From assembly GCA_903884005.1 (NCBI GenBank), contig CAISDA010000004.1, positions 46,218-110,217 of the forward strand: 64,000 nt of DNA. The letters run 5' to 3'. Position 1 is the stretch's first letter, and every line of letters starts with the position of its first letter. The position numbers and the translations under genes are program-made. The DNA is from an uncultured Ignavibacteriota bacterium (lineage in GTDB: Bacteria > Bacteroidota > Ignavibacteria > UBA10030 > UBA8401). Positions 9,347-19,088 of this stretch are shown piece by piece. The notes beneath the pieces were generated by a model. The model did not search any database. It was not told the DNA's origin and worked only from the letters and a program-made list of their open reading frames with translations.

Positions 9347-10744
9347 TTATAGTATTGTTCGTGTGTCAAAATTTTCGAGCAGTTCAACGATGCGCTCCAG
9401 GAACAGTCCGCCCATCATGCCGTCGATGATGCGATGATCGTACGACAGCGACAAATACACCATCGACCGTATCGCAATGGCATCGTCGACCACCACCGCG
9501 CGTTTTTTCACCGCGCCGATGGCGAGGATGGCGACCTGCGGCTGATTGATGATCGGGATGCCGTAGAGATTGCCGACCATTCCCGGATTGGTCACAGTAA
9601 ACGTGCCGCCCTGCACTTCATCCGGCATCAGTTTTTTTGTGCGCGCGCGATGCGCTAGGTCTGCTGCGGCGGCGGCCAGGCCCGCCAGATTTTTTTCGCC
9701 TGCGTGCCTGATCACCGGAACAATGAGTCCCTTGTCAACGGCGACAGCCACGCCGAGGTGTATGTTCGATTTCAGCACAACGCTGTCGCCGTCGATCGAC
9801 GCGTTGATGTAGGGAAATTCTTTGAGCGCGTTCACCGTGGCATCGAGGAAGAACGGGGTCAGCGTTAATTTGATCCCTTCACGCTGTTCGAAACCGGCTT
9901 TCATGCGTTCGCGAAATGCAGCCAGCTTCGAAACGTCGGCTTCGGTGACCGAATAGACGTGGGGAGACACCTGTTTGCTGCGCACCATGTGTTCTGCGAT
10001 CGATCGCCTCATGGCATCCATCTGGACGCGGACATCTCCGGTTCCCGCGCCTGCCTGCACCGACGACGGCTTCGACTGTACGGGGCCTGTGCCACCGCGC
10101 TTTTTTCGTTCGACATACGCGAGCACATCGTTCTTCGTTACGCGTCCCGCAACGCCTGTGCCCTCGATGCGTTCCAATTCTTCCATGCGGATATTTTCAG
10201 TTCGCGCAATATTCAAGACCAGTGGTGAATAAAACCGCCCTGCGGCCGCCTCGAAAGAGACCGGCTGCGCCGCTGTGCGAGCATCCGAATGCGGCGCCGG
10301 CCGCGGCACGGCACCTGCGTGTGATTGCGGTGCAGGGCTGTGTGCACTATGCGAGTCCTGAACTATTGTCTGCTCCGACGATCGTCCCTGTGGCGCATGC
10401 GTGCGTGCAGCGGGGGCGGTTTCTGAACCTGTGCCGGCGGCCTCACTCACGGAGGTCAAGCGTGGTTCGGGCAGCGGTGACGCTGATGTTCCAACGGCAG
10501 CCGCACCGGTCCGTATGCGCGCGATGATCGTCAGCACCGGCACCGTTTCCTGTTCCGGAAACAGCAACTCCTCAATGATTCCGGCAGCGGGCGATGGGAT
10601 CTCAGAATCGACCTTATCGGTACTGATCTCCAGGAGCGTCTCGTCCATCGCGATCGCATCACCCTTTTTTTTGTGCCACTTCGAAATCGTGCCTTCGGCG
10701 ATACTCTCGCCAAGCTGGGGCATTATCACATCAACTAGCGCCAT
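9347..10744 (-). CDS. Dihydrolipoamide acyltransferase (E2), probably of the branched-chain 2-oxoacid dehydrogenase complex
   Basis: Lipoyl domain (LEISTDKVDSEIPSP), long Ala/Pro/Ser linker, E3-binding segment (YSPLVLNIARTENI), catalytic LSYDHRIIDG. I prefer the ATG at 10744 (MALVDVIMPQLGES); the ORF-track start at 10765 is a TTG. Confidence 0.88.
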   Translation of the reverse strand: MALVDVIMPQLGESIAEGTISKWHKKKGDAIAMDETLLEISTDKVDSEIPSPAAGIIEELLFPEQETVPVLTIIARIRTGAAAVGTSASPLPEPRLTSVSEAAGTGSETAPAARTHAPQGRSSEQTIVQDSHSAHSPAPQSHAGAVPRPAPHSDARTAAQPVSFEAAAGRFYSPLVLNIARTENIRMEELERIEGTGVAGRVTKNDVLAYVERKKRGGTGPVQSKPSSVQAGAGTGDVRVQMDAMRRSIAEHMVRSKQVSPHVYSVTEADVSKLAAFRERMKAGFEQREGIKLTLTPFFLDATVNALKEFPYINASIDGDSVVLKSNIHLGVAVAVDKGLIVPVIRHAGEKNLAGLAAAAADLAHRARTKKLMPDEVQGGTFTVTNPGMVGNLYGIPIINQPQVAILAIGAVKKRAVVVDDAIAIRSMVYLSLSYDHRIIDGMMGGLFLERIVELLENFDTRTIL

Positions 10745-10812
10745 CGTTTTGTCATTCACTTCCAATTATTCGGTTTTGTCTTCCCCGCATGCATACGACT
10801 TAATGCATCACA

Positions 10813-11055
10813 TCAATGATGGCACACGTTCTGCCCGTTCACGCGCGCGACACCGTCATCGACCGAGATCTTTCCGCGCGCTTGGAGAAAGTGCAGGAGC
10901 TCGTCCACCGTGAACCGTGCATCGGCGCAATTCGTAAATCGGACATCGGGGCCGAACCTGGTGTTGAGTTCCGTGCGGAGTTCTTCGAGCAGGATTCCCC
11001 CGTTCGATTCACCGACCATGTGGAGAACATCGTGTGCATGAATAACAGTGTCCAT
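10813..11055 (-). CDS. YecH-family (DUF2492-like) small putative metal-binding protein
   Basis: 80 aa. IHAHDVLHM...RFTNCAD...ELLHFLQARGKI...NVCHH matches my recollection of E. coli YecH (IHGHEVLNM...RFHTCSAEG...FLAAKGKF...KICRH). The His/Cys pattern is conserved. Confidence 0.7.
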   Translation of the reverse strand: MDTVIHAHDVLHMVGESNGGILLEELRTELNTRFGPDVRFTNCADARFTVDELLHFLQARGKISVDDGVARVNGQNVCHH

Positions 11056-11221
11056 TATTTTCCTTTATGGTAAAATTCGTAATTCCCTGGTAACGTGCAC
11101 CGCTTCGCTCGAGCGGGCGAGATACCATCTCGCCCCACAATGCTGCGTCTGCGAAACTGGTATTTTCATGCGGTGTGGTGAACCCCACATTCATGAACGC
11201 TGCATGTTCGAGTGGCAGCGT

Positions 11222-13300
11222 TTAATATGCCGCTAATTTTTCGAGCGCCGCCACGAGATGATATTCCTGCGGCAGCACGGCGTTCTCGAGCACGGGCGCA
11301 AAGGGAATCGGCGTGTCGAGCGCGCCGAGACGCATCACAGGCGCATCGAGATGCTCAAAACATTCTTCGCCGATGACACTGGCAATTTCTCCGCCGAACC
11401 CTCCGGTACGAGTATCCTCATGGGCCACAAGCACCTTCCCGGTCTTACGCACCGATTGCATCACCGTTTCACGGTCCCATGGCGCGATCGTTCGGAGATC
11501 GATCACCTCGACACTGGTGCCTTTCGCCTCCATTTTTTTTGCTGCCTCAATGGACCGCTGCACCAGGAATCCCCACGTCACTACGGTGATATCGCTGCCT
11601 TCGCGTTTCACGTTGGCCACTCCGAACGGAAGCAGATACGAATCGTCCGGTTCGGGAGATGACGCAAACTGCTGGCGGTAAAGTCCCTTGTGCTCGCAGA
11701 ACAACACGGGATTATTTTCACGGCACGCGGTTTTCAGGAGACCCTTGGCGTCCGCTGCGTTCGACGGGAACGCGATCCATAGTCCCGGCATGTGCGCAAA
11801 GAATGCTTCGATACTCTGGCTGTGATAGAGGCCGCCGCGAATGTATCCGCCCACGGCGACACGGACAACCACAGGGCACGAGAAGTCCCCGTCGGACCGG
11901 TAGCGCATCTGCACGAGCTCGTCCCGGAACTGCATGAAGGCGGGCCAGATATAATCGCCGAATTGTATTTCGACGACAGGCTTGTATCCGCGCACGGCCA
12001 GGCCGATGGCGGTTCCCACGATGCTCGCTTCAGCCAGCGGAGAATTAAATGCGCGAGCGCGGCCGAACGCGTCGGTCAGCCCCTTCGTCGCAGAGAACAC
12101 CCCGCCCTTGCCGCCGGCTATGTCTTCGCCGTAGACGAGCATCCTGGGATTGTTTTTCATTTCTTCGTGCAAGGCATGGTTCACCGCATCGACCATCATG
12201 CAATTATTGCCGGTCTTTTTCGGTTCAGCCGGCACTTCGCTGGGTGCGGCAACGACAGGCGCCAGCACATTTCGTGTGACGGAATCGGCAGACGGATTCG
12301 GAGCCGATTCGGCGAATGCCACCGCTTCGTCGATTTCATTTTTGATCCCGGCCCGCATCTGCACAAGGTCCTCGGTGGAAAGGATGTTCTTTGCGATCAA
12401 GTACTGCTGCAATTTCGGCAGCGGATCTCTCAACCGATCGGCTTCGATCTCCGAGAGCGGCCTGTATTTTTTCGGATCGTCCGACGACGAATGCGGGAGC
12501 AGCCTCACAACATCCGCTTCGATGAGGCTCGGGCCGTTTCCTGCGCGCGCCTCTGCTGCTGCATGAACGGCGGCCTCGTATGATGCGGCAAAATCGGTGC
12601 CGTCCACCCGGAAGCGGTGCAGATTCGGATACCCCTTGGTCAAATCGATGATCGAACCGCCGGCGATCTGGTCTTTCGAGGGGACCGAAATGGCATACCG
12701 ATTATTCTGGATCAAAAAAATGACCGGCAGTTTTTCGCGCGAGGCCCAGTTGAGGGCCTCGAAAAATTCGCCCTGACTTGTGGTGCCTTCGCCGGAAGAA
12801 ACATAAACGATCTCATCGACGCCTTCTTTTACGGCGCCGAGGGCCGTGCCGACAGCCTGAAGAAACTGCGTTCCGGTCGGACTCGACTGCGAGACGATGC
12901 GCAGGGCCTTATTCCCGTAATGGGAAGGCATCTGCCTGCCGTGCGAACTTGGCCCGTCCGATCGATGCATGTTTTCAAGGAACATGTCGCGGACAGTCGA
13001 CCCGAGCTGCAACGAAAACGCAAGGTCGCGGTAATACGGGTACGCCCAATCAGTCCCGGGACGCATCGCCATTGCCATGGCGATCTGACATGCTTCGTGT
13101 CCGGGCCCGCTGATGTGGAAGAGGATCTTGCCCTGACGCAGCATCGTCATCTGCTTCTCGTCGACAGTTCGCGCCAGGAGCATCGTGCGGAAGGCGGCCA
13201 CCAATTGCGTGTCCGTGGGAACGCTTCCGTTCGCAGCGGGCGCCGCAGTCTGTTGTCGTGTCGACTGGTGGGCCGTCATCGCATCAAGTGCTTGCATCAT
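11222..13300 (-). CDS. 2-oxoacid (branched-chain type) dehydrogenase E1 component, fused alpha-beta subunits
   Basis: 692 aa. The N-terminal half is E1-alpha-like with TPP motif SSGEGTTSQGEFFEALNWA...IQNN. The C-terminal half is E1-beta-like (AFNSPLAEASIVGTAIGLAVRGYKPVVEIQF). Confidence 0.88.
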   Translation of the reverse strand: MMQALDAMTAHQSTRQQTAAPAANGSVPTDTQLVAAFRTMLLARTVDEKQMTMLRQGKILFHISGPGHEACQIAMAMAMRPGTDWAYPYYRDLAFSLQLGSTVRDMFLENMHRSDGPSSHGRQMPSHYGNKALRIVSQSSPTGTQFLQAVGTALGAVKEGVDEIVYVSSGEGTTSQGEFFEALNWASREKLPVIFLIQNNRYAISVPSKDQIAGGSIIDLTKGYPNLHRFRVDGTDFAASYEAAVHAAAEARAGNGPSLIEADVVRLLPHSSSDDPKKYRPLSEIEADRLRDPLPKLQQYLIAKNILSTEDLVQMRAGIKNEIDEAVAFAESAPNPSADSVTRNVLAPVVAAPSEVPAEPKKTGNNCMMVDAVNHALHEEMKNNPRMLVYGEDIAGGKGGVFSATKGLTDAFGRARAFNSPLAEASIVGTAIGLAVRGYKPVVEIQFGDYIWPAFMQFRDELVQMRYRSDGDFSCPVVVRVAVGGYIRGGLYHSQSIEAFFAHMPGLWIAFPSNAADAKGLLKTACRENNPVLFCEHKGLYRQQFASSPEPDDSYLLPFGVANVKREGSDITVVTWGFLVQRSIEAAKKMEAKGTSVEVIDLRTIAPWDRETVMQSVRKTGKVLVAHEDTRTGGFGGEIASVIGEECFEHLDAPVMRLGALDTPIPFAPVLENAVLPQEYHLVAALEKLAAY

Positions 13301-14028
13301 TCAATCACTTCCTCTGTTACCGGTCTGGACTGTGCGGTCATCGCAAGCAATTCATCGACAGCCATGCTGCGTGCGGCAACGCCGAACACCGTTTCAAAAT
13401 TTTTTATGACACCGTCTGCAACGTCTTCCATACGCATCGGCGCGCCTGAGGCCTGTTCCATCGACGTGACACCCTTATGGAAAATACCGCAGGGAATGAT
13501 CCGGTCGAAGTACGTGAGGTCGGTCGAAACATTCAATGCAAATCCGTGCATCGTGATCCACCGGTGCATCTTCACACCGATGGCTGCGATCTTCTCCCCG
13601 CCGGCCCAGACACCGGTATAGCCGTCGGAGCGTTCACCAGCGATCCCATAGCCGGCCAGCGTTCCCATGATCACCGCTTCGAGGTCTCGAAGATACCGGT
13701 GAACATCGAGGTAATGGCCGTTGAGATCCAATATCGGATATCCTACGAGCTGCCCGGGACCGTGGAAGGTCACATCGCCCCCTCGATCGATCCGGTACAG
13801 ATCGATATTCCTTTCGCGCAATTCAGCCGCATCGGCCAGCACGTGGTTTTCGTTCGCGCCTTTGCCGAGCGTATAGACCGGATCATGTTCCGTCAGGAGG
13901 AGAACATCGCCTATGATGCCTTCGCTGCGGGCGGAAAATATTTTTTTTTGCATCTCCCATGCATCGGCATAGTTCGTTCTGCCGAGCCGGACCGTTCGCA
14001 GTTCTTTCATAGACGTCGTTTCATTCAT
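13297..14028 (-). CDS. lipB: Lipoyl(octanoyl) transferase
   Basis: RGGDVTFHGPGQLVGYPILDL and KIAAIGVKMHRWITMHGFALNV are the LipB signature regions. Its stop overlaps the E1 start (ATGA). Confidence 0.93.
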   Translation of the reverse strand: MNETTSMKELRTVRLGRTNYADAWEMQKKIFSARSEGIIGDVLLLTEHDPVYTLGKGANENHVLADAAELRERNIDLYRIDRGGDVTFHGPGQLVGYPILDLNGHYLDVHRYLRDLEAVIMGTLAGYGIAGERSDGYTGVWAGGEKIAAIGVKMHRWITMHGFALNVSTDLTYFDRIIPCGIFHKGVTSMEQASGAPMRMEDVADGVIKNFETVFGVAARSMAVDELLAMTAQSRPVTEEVIE

Positions 14029-14073
14029 TCTGCCGCGCGGCCGGTCACAGATCGAAGCCCACGGTAATTTTTT

Positions 14074-15468
14074 TTATATATGTATGGCTTCGCCGTAAGC
14101 GTCGAGCGCTGCTTCCACGATCCCTTCGGTCAGCGTCGGATGCGCATGCATCGTGCTGATCAGCTGCTCCGCCGTGGTTTCCAGCGTCCGCGCGGTAACG
14201 AGTTCCGCGATCATTTCCGTTGCCTCTGAACCGAAGATATGCGCGCCCAGGAGCTCTCCGTATTTTGCGTCGAAGATCAATTTCACAAATCCCTCTGTTT
14301 CGTTGATCGCGATCGCCTTCCCGTGCGAGCGGAACGGGTATCGGCCGATCTTCAGTTCGTAGCCCTTCTCGCGCGCTTTTTCTTCAGTCAGGCCGACGCT
14401 CGCCACTTGCGGCTGGCAATAGGTGCACCCGGGAACGTTGGAATAATCGACCACATGCGGATTTTTGCCGGCGATCGCTTCAATGCAATGGATGCCTTCG
14501 GCGCTGGCCACATGGGCCAGCCACGGCGGGCCGCTCACATCACCGATGGCATAGACGCCGTCGATGTTGGTTCTGTAATGCCCGTCGACGACGATGAATG
14601 ATCTGTTCGTTATGACGCCGACGGCTTCCAGTCCCAGGTGTTCAATGTTTCCCTGGACGCCGATGGCGACGAGCGCGATATCCGCCTTCAATGCTTTGTT
14701 CCCGTCCTTATTGCTCACAGTGATCGTGACCTCGGTGTCCGATGCCACGGCGCTCTCCACTTTTGTTTCGGTCAGCACCTTGATGCCCGATTTTTCGAAG
14801 ACACGGCGGAGCGCCTTCGTCACTTCGCGGTCCTCTATCGGGAGCAGGCTGTCCATCATTTCGACGATCGTGACCTCTGTGCCGTAGGAGCTGTAGAGAT
14901 AGGCGAACTCGACGCCGATCGCTCCGGCGCCGATGATCACCATGCGTTTGGGCGGTTCGGGGAGCACCATTGCCTCGGTGCTTGTGATGATGCGTTTTTT
15001 ATCGATCGGGATCGAGGGAAATGATTTTGCGCGCGCGCCGGTGGCCATGATGATGTGCGCAGCGGCGATCGTGCGTGTGTTTCCGGAATGCGCCACTTCA
15101 ACAACGCCCTTGGAGACGAGTGTCGCGGTGCCCGCTATCAATTCGATTTTATTTTTCTTGAACAGAAATTCGATCCCCTTCGAGAGCCGCGATGACGTGT
15201 CGCGGCTTCGTTTCACGGCCTTCGAAAAATCAGCCTTCAGGTTGTCGAACGTGAATCCGTATTGATCGGCATGCTTCAAGAGATTATAGACGTCGGCGTT
15301 CTTCAAGAGCGCCTTCGTGGGAATGCATCCCCAGTTGAGGCAGATGCCTCCGAGTTTATCTTTTTCGACAACGGCGGTGGAAAGGCCGAGCTGCGCCGCG
15401 CGGATCGCCGCAACATAGCCGCCGGGACCTCCGCCGATAATGAGCACATCGTACTGTTTGTCTGCCAT
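14074..15468 (-). CDS. lpdA: Dihydrolipoyl dehydrogenase (E3)
   Basis: FAD motif IIGGGPGGYVAAIRAAQLG, redox disulfide CLNWGCIPTK, NAD motif GAGAIGVEFA, C-terminal HAHPTLTE. Confidence 0.95.
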   Translation of the reverse strand: MADKQYDVLIIGGGPGGYVAAIRAAQLGLSTAVVEKDKLGGICLNWGCIPTKALLKNADVYNLLKHADQYGFTFDNLKADFSKAVKRSRDTSSRLSKGIEFLFKKNKIELIAGTATLVSKGVVEVAHSGNTRTIAAAHIIMATGARAKSFPSIPIDKKRIITSTEAMVLPEPPKRMVIIGAGAIGVEFAYLYSSYGTEVTIVEMMDSLLPIEDREVTKALRRVFEKSGIKVLTETKVESAVASDTEVTITVSNKDGNKALKADIALVAIGVQGNIEHLGLEAVGVITNRSFIVVDGHYRTNIDGVYAIGDVSGPPWLAHVASAEGIHCIEAIAGKNPHVVDYSNVPGCTYCQPQVASVGLTEEKAREKGYELKIGRYPFRSHGKAIAINETEGFVKLIFDAKYGELLGAHIFGSEATEMIAELVTARTLETTAEQLISTMHAHPTLTEGIVEAALDAYGEAIHI

Positions 15469-15729
15469 GGCGTCCTTAAAAAAAAAGAGGGAACAACCCC
15501 TCTGACATACGCGTGGAGGAAAAAAGAAAATGGCCTGCCCACAGATGCAGCACCGGGCAGAGACCGCTAGTCAATCAAATAATATAGGGAATGACTCAGG
15601 ATAATGCAACGGCATTGTTTCCCGAAAAGTTCCGTGTTTTTGCCTCTCCCGCATTGCATTGCTTTCAGGAATGATGTACATTCAACGTATAAATAGTGGA
15701 TCTCATCACACGCTCTTGCCTTTGCACTC

Positions 15730-17550
15730 ATGAAAATATTGTTCCTCCTCGTCATACTCATGGCTTGTCCTATGATCTCATCAGCCTCCGACACCAGCGC
15801 ACCGCGTTCATTCTACACGCTTTCGATGCCGAAACCGGCAAACCACCTCTTCGAGGTCGAGGCTCTCTTTACCAATATTGCCGAGGGCACGGGTGTGCTG
15901 GATGTGCTCCTGCCGGTCTGGAGACCGGGGCGGTACCTGATTCTGGATTTTGCCGACGGCGTGCAGAATTTTTCGGCGTTCACAGCCGACGGACAGCCTC
16001 TGCGCTGGCACAAGGCCAATAAGTCCGCGTGGCGTATCGAAACACATGGTGCACTATCGGTCACCGTGCGCTACAAGGTGTTCGCCAATGAATTCAACAA
16101 AAAAACGCGTGGACTGGACATCGACCACGCATTTGTCAGCGGTGAATCGGTGTTCATGTATACCGATGCCAACCGGTCGTTCCCGAACGAACTCACGGTG
16201 CTCCCGTTCGGCCCATGGCATGTAACGACGGGACTGGACGACGCCGGCAGACAGAATGCATTCGTCGCGCCAACATACGATCATCTCATCGATTGTCCGC
16301 TGGAGATCGGGACTCAGCAGGACATTGCATTCACCGTTAAAGGGAAGCGCCATGTGATCTCCCTCAGCGGCAGGGGCAATTGGAACGCCGATACGCTGGT
16401 GCGCGATTTCACGAAGCTCATCGAAGCGAACTACCGATTCTGGGGCACATTGCCGTATGAAAAATACGTTTTCCTTTTTCATTGCCTTCCCTCCAACGGC
16501 GGCGGCGTCGAGCACATCAATTCCGCGGTCATGGGCGTCCGGTCGTGGGGATTTCAGAATCCGTCCACATACCAGCAATTCCTCAGCCTTGTGTCGCATG
16601 AATATTTCCACACATGGAATGTGAAGCAGTTGAGGCCTCACGGGCTTCACCCCTACGATCTGCAGCACGAGAACTATTCGAATGAATTGTGGATCGCCGA
16701 AGGCACGACCAGCTACTACGGACAAATGATGCTGGTCAGCGCCGGATTCCGGGCCGGACGGTCGACCCTGGACATGGCCGCGGCATATGCGTACGATGAA
16801 CGGTCCCGCCCCGGCAACACCGTGCTCTCGCTGAGCGACGCGAGTTACGACGCGTGGATCAAATACTGGCATGCCAACGAGAACTCATACAACGCCGAGA
16901 GCGACTATTATGGGAAAGGCTCGATGGTGAGCCTGCTGCTCGATCTTGAATTGCGCCAGCGGTCGCACAATACGTCGTCGCTCGACCGACTGATGCGTCT
17001 GATGTTTACACGCTTCCCGCTTTCAGGCAGCGGTTATTCACTCGCAGATTTTCAACATGCCGCAGAGGAATGCGCGGGCGGAAGCATGGAGGACTTTTTT
17101 TCGCTCTATGTCCGGGGCACCGCGCCGCTGCCGTGGGAGGCAACGCTGCTTTATGCAGGCGTGGACATAAAACCGAAGGATGCGCCCTTGAAACCATCGT
17201 TTGGGTGGACCACGCAGGCGGCGGGTGAGAAACTCAAGGTCATGCGCGTTATCACCGACTCGCCCGCAGAAGAAGCGGGGCTCGAAACCGGAGACGAGAT
17301 CGCAGCTTTGAACGGCATTCGGGTGCACCCGGCCGATATCGAGGAACGCCTCGGCGAATTGAAGGATGGGACACGGGTCCGCATAACATTTTTCAGAGAC
17401 GATATGCTGCGTGAAACGACCGTCACCGCGCGCAAGTTCGGATCGCCCCAGTATACGGCGCAGCAGATCCAATCGCCGACGCCGCTGCAGACGGCCATTT
17501 TCGAATCATGGCTGAGTACGCCGTGGCATGTGCAGCAGGCCCAGAAATAA
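15730..17550 (+). CDS. M61 family metallopeptidase with C-terminal PDZ domain (secreted)
   Basis: Signal peptide MKILFLLVILMACPMISSA, zinc motif HEYFHTWN, PDZ-like AEEAGLETGDEIAALNG. Confidence 0.85.
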   Translation: MKILFLLVILMACPMISSASDTSAPRSFYTLSMPKPANHLFEVEALFTNIAEGTGVLDVLLPVWRPGRYLILDFADGVQNFSAFTADGQPLRWHKANKSAWRIETHGALSVTVRYKVFANEFNKKTRGLDIDHAFVSGESVFMYTDANRSFPNELTVLPFGPWHVTTGLDDAGRQNAFVAPTYDHLIDCPLEIGTQQDIAFTVKGKRHVISLSGRGNWNADTLVRDFTKLIEANYRFWGTLPYEKYVFLFHCLPSNGGGVEHINSAVMGVRSWGFQNPSTYQQFLSLVSHEYFHTWNVKQLRPHGLHPYDLQHENYSNELWIAEGTTSYYGQMMLVSAGFRAGRSTLDMAAAYAYDERSRPGNTVLSLSDASYDAWIKYWHANENSYNAESDYYGKGSMVSLLLDLELRQRSHNTSSLDRLMRLMFTRFPLSGSGYSLADFQHAAEECAGGSMEDFFSLYVRGTAPLPWEATLLYAGVDIKPKDAPLKPSFGWTTQAAGEKLKVMRVITDSPAEEAGLETGDEIAALNGIRVHPADIEERLGELKDGTRVRITFFRDDMLRETTVTARKFGSPQYTAQQIQSPTPLQTAIFESWLSTPWHVQQAQK

Positions 17551-17632
17551 CGCACGGCGCGCTCACGGCGCGTTGACTTTATAGGTTTTTTTGTCTAACT
17601 TTTTTGTTATTCTCATTACAAATGCAGGCACC

Positions 17633-17986
17633 ATGAGCGGATACATTCCAATTTTTTTTATGATCAGCGCAGCCGCCGGTTTGGGGCTTATACTGTATGG
17701 GTTGTTCAAAGTGCTCGGCCCGTATCGCCCTAATACCGAGAAACAATCGACGTATGAAAGCGGCATGACGCCGGTACGGTCGGCGCGGGAGCGGTTCTCC
17801 GTGAAATATTACATGGTCGCAGTGCTCTTCATCCTCTTCGACATCGAAATCGTGTTTCTCTATCCCTGGGCCGTGAACTTTCACGCGTTAGGATTGTTCG
17901 GATATGTAGAGATGGTGGTCTTCATCCTCATTTTATTGGCAGGCTATTTCTACATTTTGAAAAAAGGAGCGTTGCAATGGGATTAG
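17633..17986 (+). CDS. nuoA: NADH-quinone oxidoreductase subunit A
   Basis: [18 protein letters not shown]...YESGM...[28 protein letters not shown] prefer the internal ATG at 17633 over the ORF-track start at 17591. Confidence 0.9.
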   Translation: MSGYIPIFFMISAAAGLGLILYGLFKVLGPYRPNTEKQSTYESGMTPVRSARERFSVKYYMVAVLFILFDIEIVFLYPWAVNFHALGLFGYVEMVVFILILLAGYFYILKKGALQWD

Positions 17987-18504
17987 AGAATGCTCTGGGC
18001 GACGGATTCGTGGGAACAACAATTGAAGCGGCGATCAACTGGTGCCGGAAAAATTCTATCTGGCCGATGCCGCTCGGCATTTCATGCTGCGGCATCGAAA
18101 TGATGTCGTTCGCGATGCCGCGGTTCGACGTGGCGCGGTTCGGTTCCGAGGTGTTTCGTTTTTCTCCGCGTCAATGCGATCTGCTGCTGGTGGCGGGGAC
18201 CACAACGTATAAGATGGCTCCGGTCGTCCGAAAAATTTACGACCAGATGCCTGATCCGAAATGGGTCATCGCAATGGGTGCCTGCACATCGTCCGGCGGC
18301 ATGTACCGCACTTATTCCGTCGTGCAGGGCATCGACCAGTTCCTGCCCGTAGACTTCTATGTGGCGGGCTGCCCGCCCCATCCGAACAACCTGCTGCACG
18401 CGTTGATCATGCTTCAGGAAAAAATACAGCGCGGCGAAGGCAAAGGCGCGCCGGTCGTGGTCGGCGACGACCGGCAGCAGGCGCTGCATCAAATTTCACT
18501 CTAA
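17977..18504 (+). CDS. nuoB: NADH-quinone oxidoreductase subunit B
   Basis: N2 cluster ligand context [20 protein letters not shown]. 10-nt overlap with nuoA. Confidence 0.95.
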   Translation: MGLENALGDGFVGTTIEAAINWCRKNSIWPMPLGISCCGIEMMSFAMPRFDVARFGSEVFRFSPRQCDLLLVAGTTTYKMAPVVRKIYDQMPDPKWVIAMGACTSSGGMYRTYSVVQGIDQFLPVDFYVAGCPPHPNNLLHALIMLQEKIQRGEGKGAPVVVGDDRQQALHQISL

Positions 18505-18577
18505 TGATACTCCGAGCCGCGCGGCATGAACAACCGTCCGCGCGCATCCGCTCCGGTCACTTTGGACGATTACATCA

Positions 18578-19060
18578 ATGATCTCAACTGTTGTCGAACT
18601 GTTACAAGCACGCTTCCCCGGGAGCATCCTCTCGGTCACTGAGTTCCGGAACGAAACCACCGTCGGCATTGCAAAGGAAGCGATCGTCGAGGTCTGTTCG
18701 TTCCTGCGAGAGGACGACGCATGCCGCTTCGAGTACCTGAGCGACCTCTGCGGCGCCGATGCCTTCACGCCCGACAACCGGTTCGAGGTCATCTACAATC
18801 TTCTCTCGCTCTCGCATAAACACCGCATCCGTCTGAAGATCTTCACCGACGAAGCGAAGCCTCATGTGCCGAGCGTGAGTTCGGTCTGGGCAGGCGCGGC
18901 GTGGCCCGAACGCGAAGCGTACGACATGTACGGCATCATCTTCGACGGCAACAAGGATCTCCGGCGCATGTACTTGCCCGAAGATTTTCAATATCACCCA
19001 TTGCGGAAGGATTATCCGCTCATGGGCATACCGGGAGCAATGCCGCTTCCCCGGAAATAA
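18578..19060 (+). CDS. nuoC: NADH-quinone oxidoreductase subunit C
   Basis: 160 aa with WAGAAWPEREAYDMYGIIFDGNKDLRRMYLPEDF, the typical NuoC C-terminal motif. Confidence 0.93.
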   Translation: MISTVVELLQARFPGSILSVTEFRNETTVGIAKEAIVEVCSFLREDDACRFEYLSDLCGADAFTPDNRFEVIYNLLSLSHKHRIRLKIFTDEAKPHVPSVSSVWAGAAWPEREAYDMYGIIFDGNKDLRRMYLPEDFQYHPLRKDYPLMGIPGAMPLPRK

Positions 19061-19088
19061 CGACATTGCACAACGAATCGATTGTTCC

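Noticed and set aside
15567-15794. 75-aa Cys-containing minus-strand ORF in the lpd / M61 divergent region, ending just before a terminator-like hairpin.
   Set aside because: Its 5' part overlaps the well-supported M61 signal-peptide coding region on the opposite strand. No ribosome-binding site or family resemblance is visible. The RNA-level interpretation (leader or sRNA) is reported as a finding instead.
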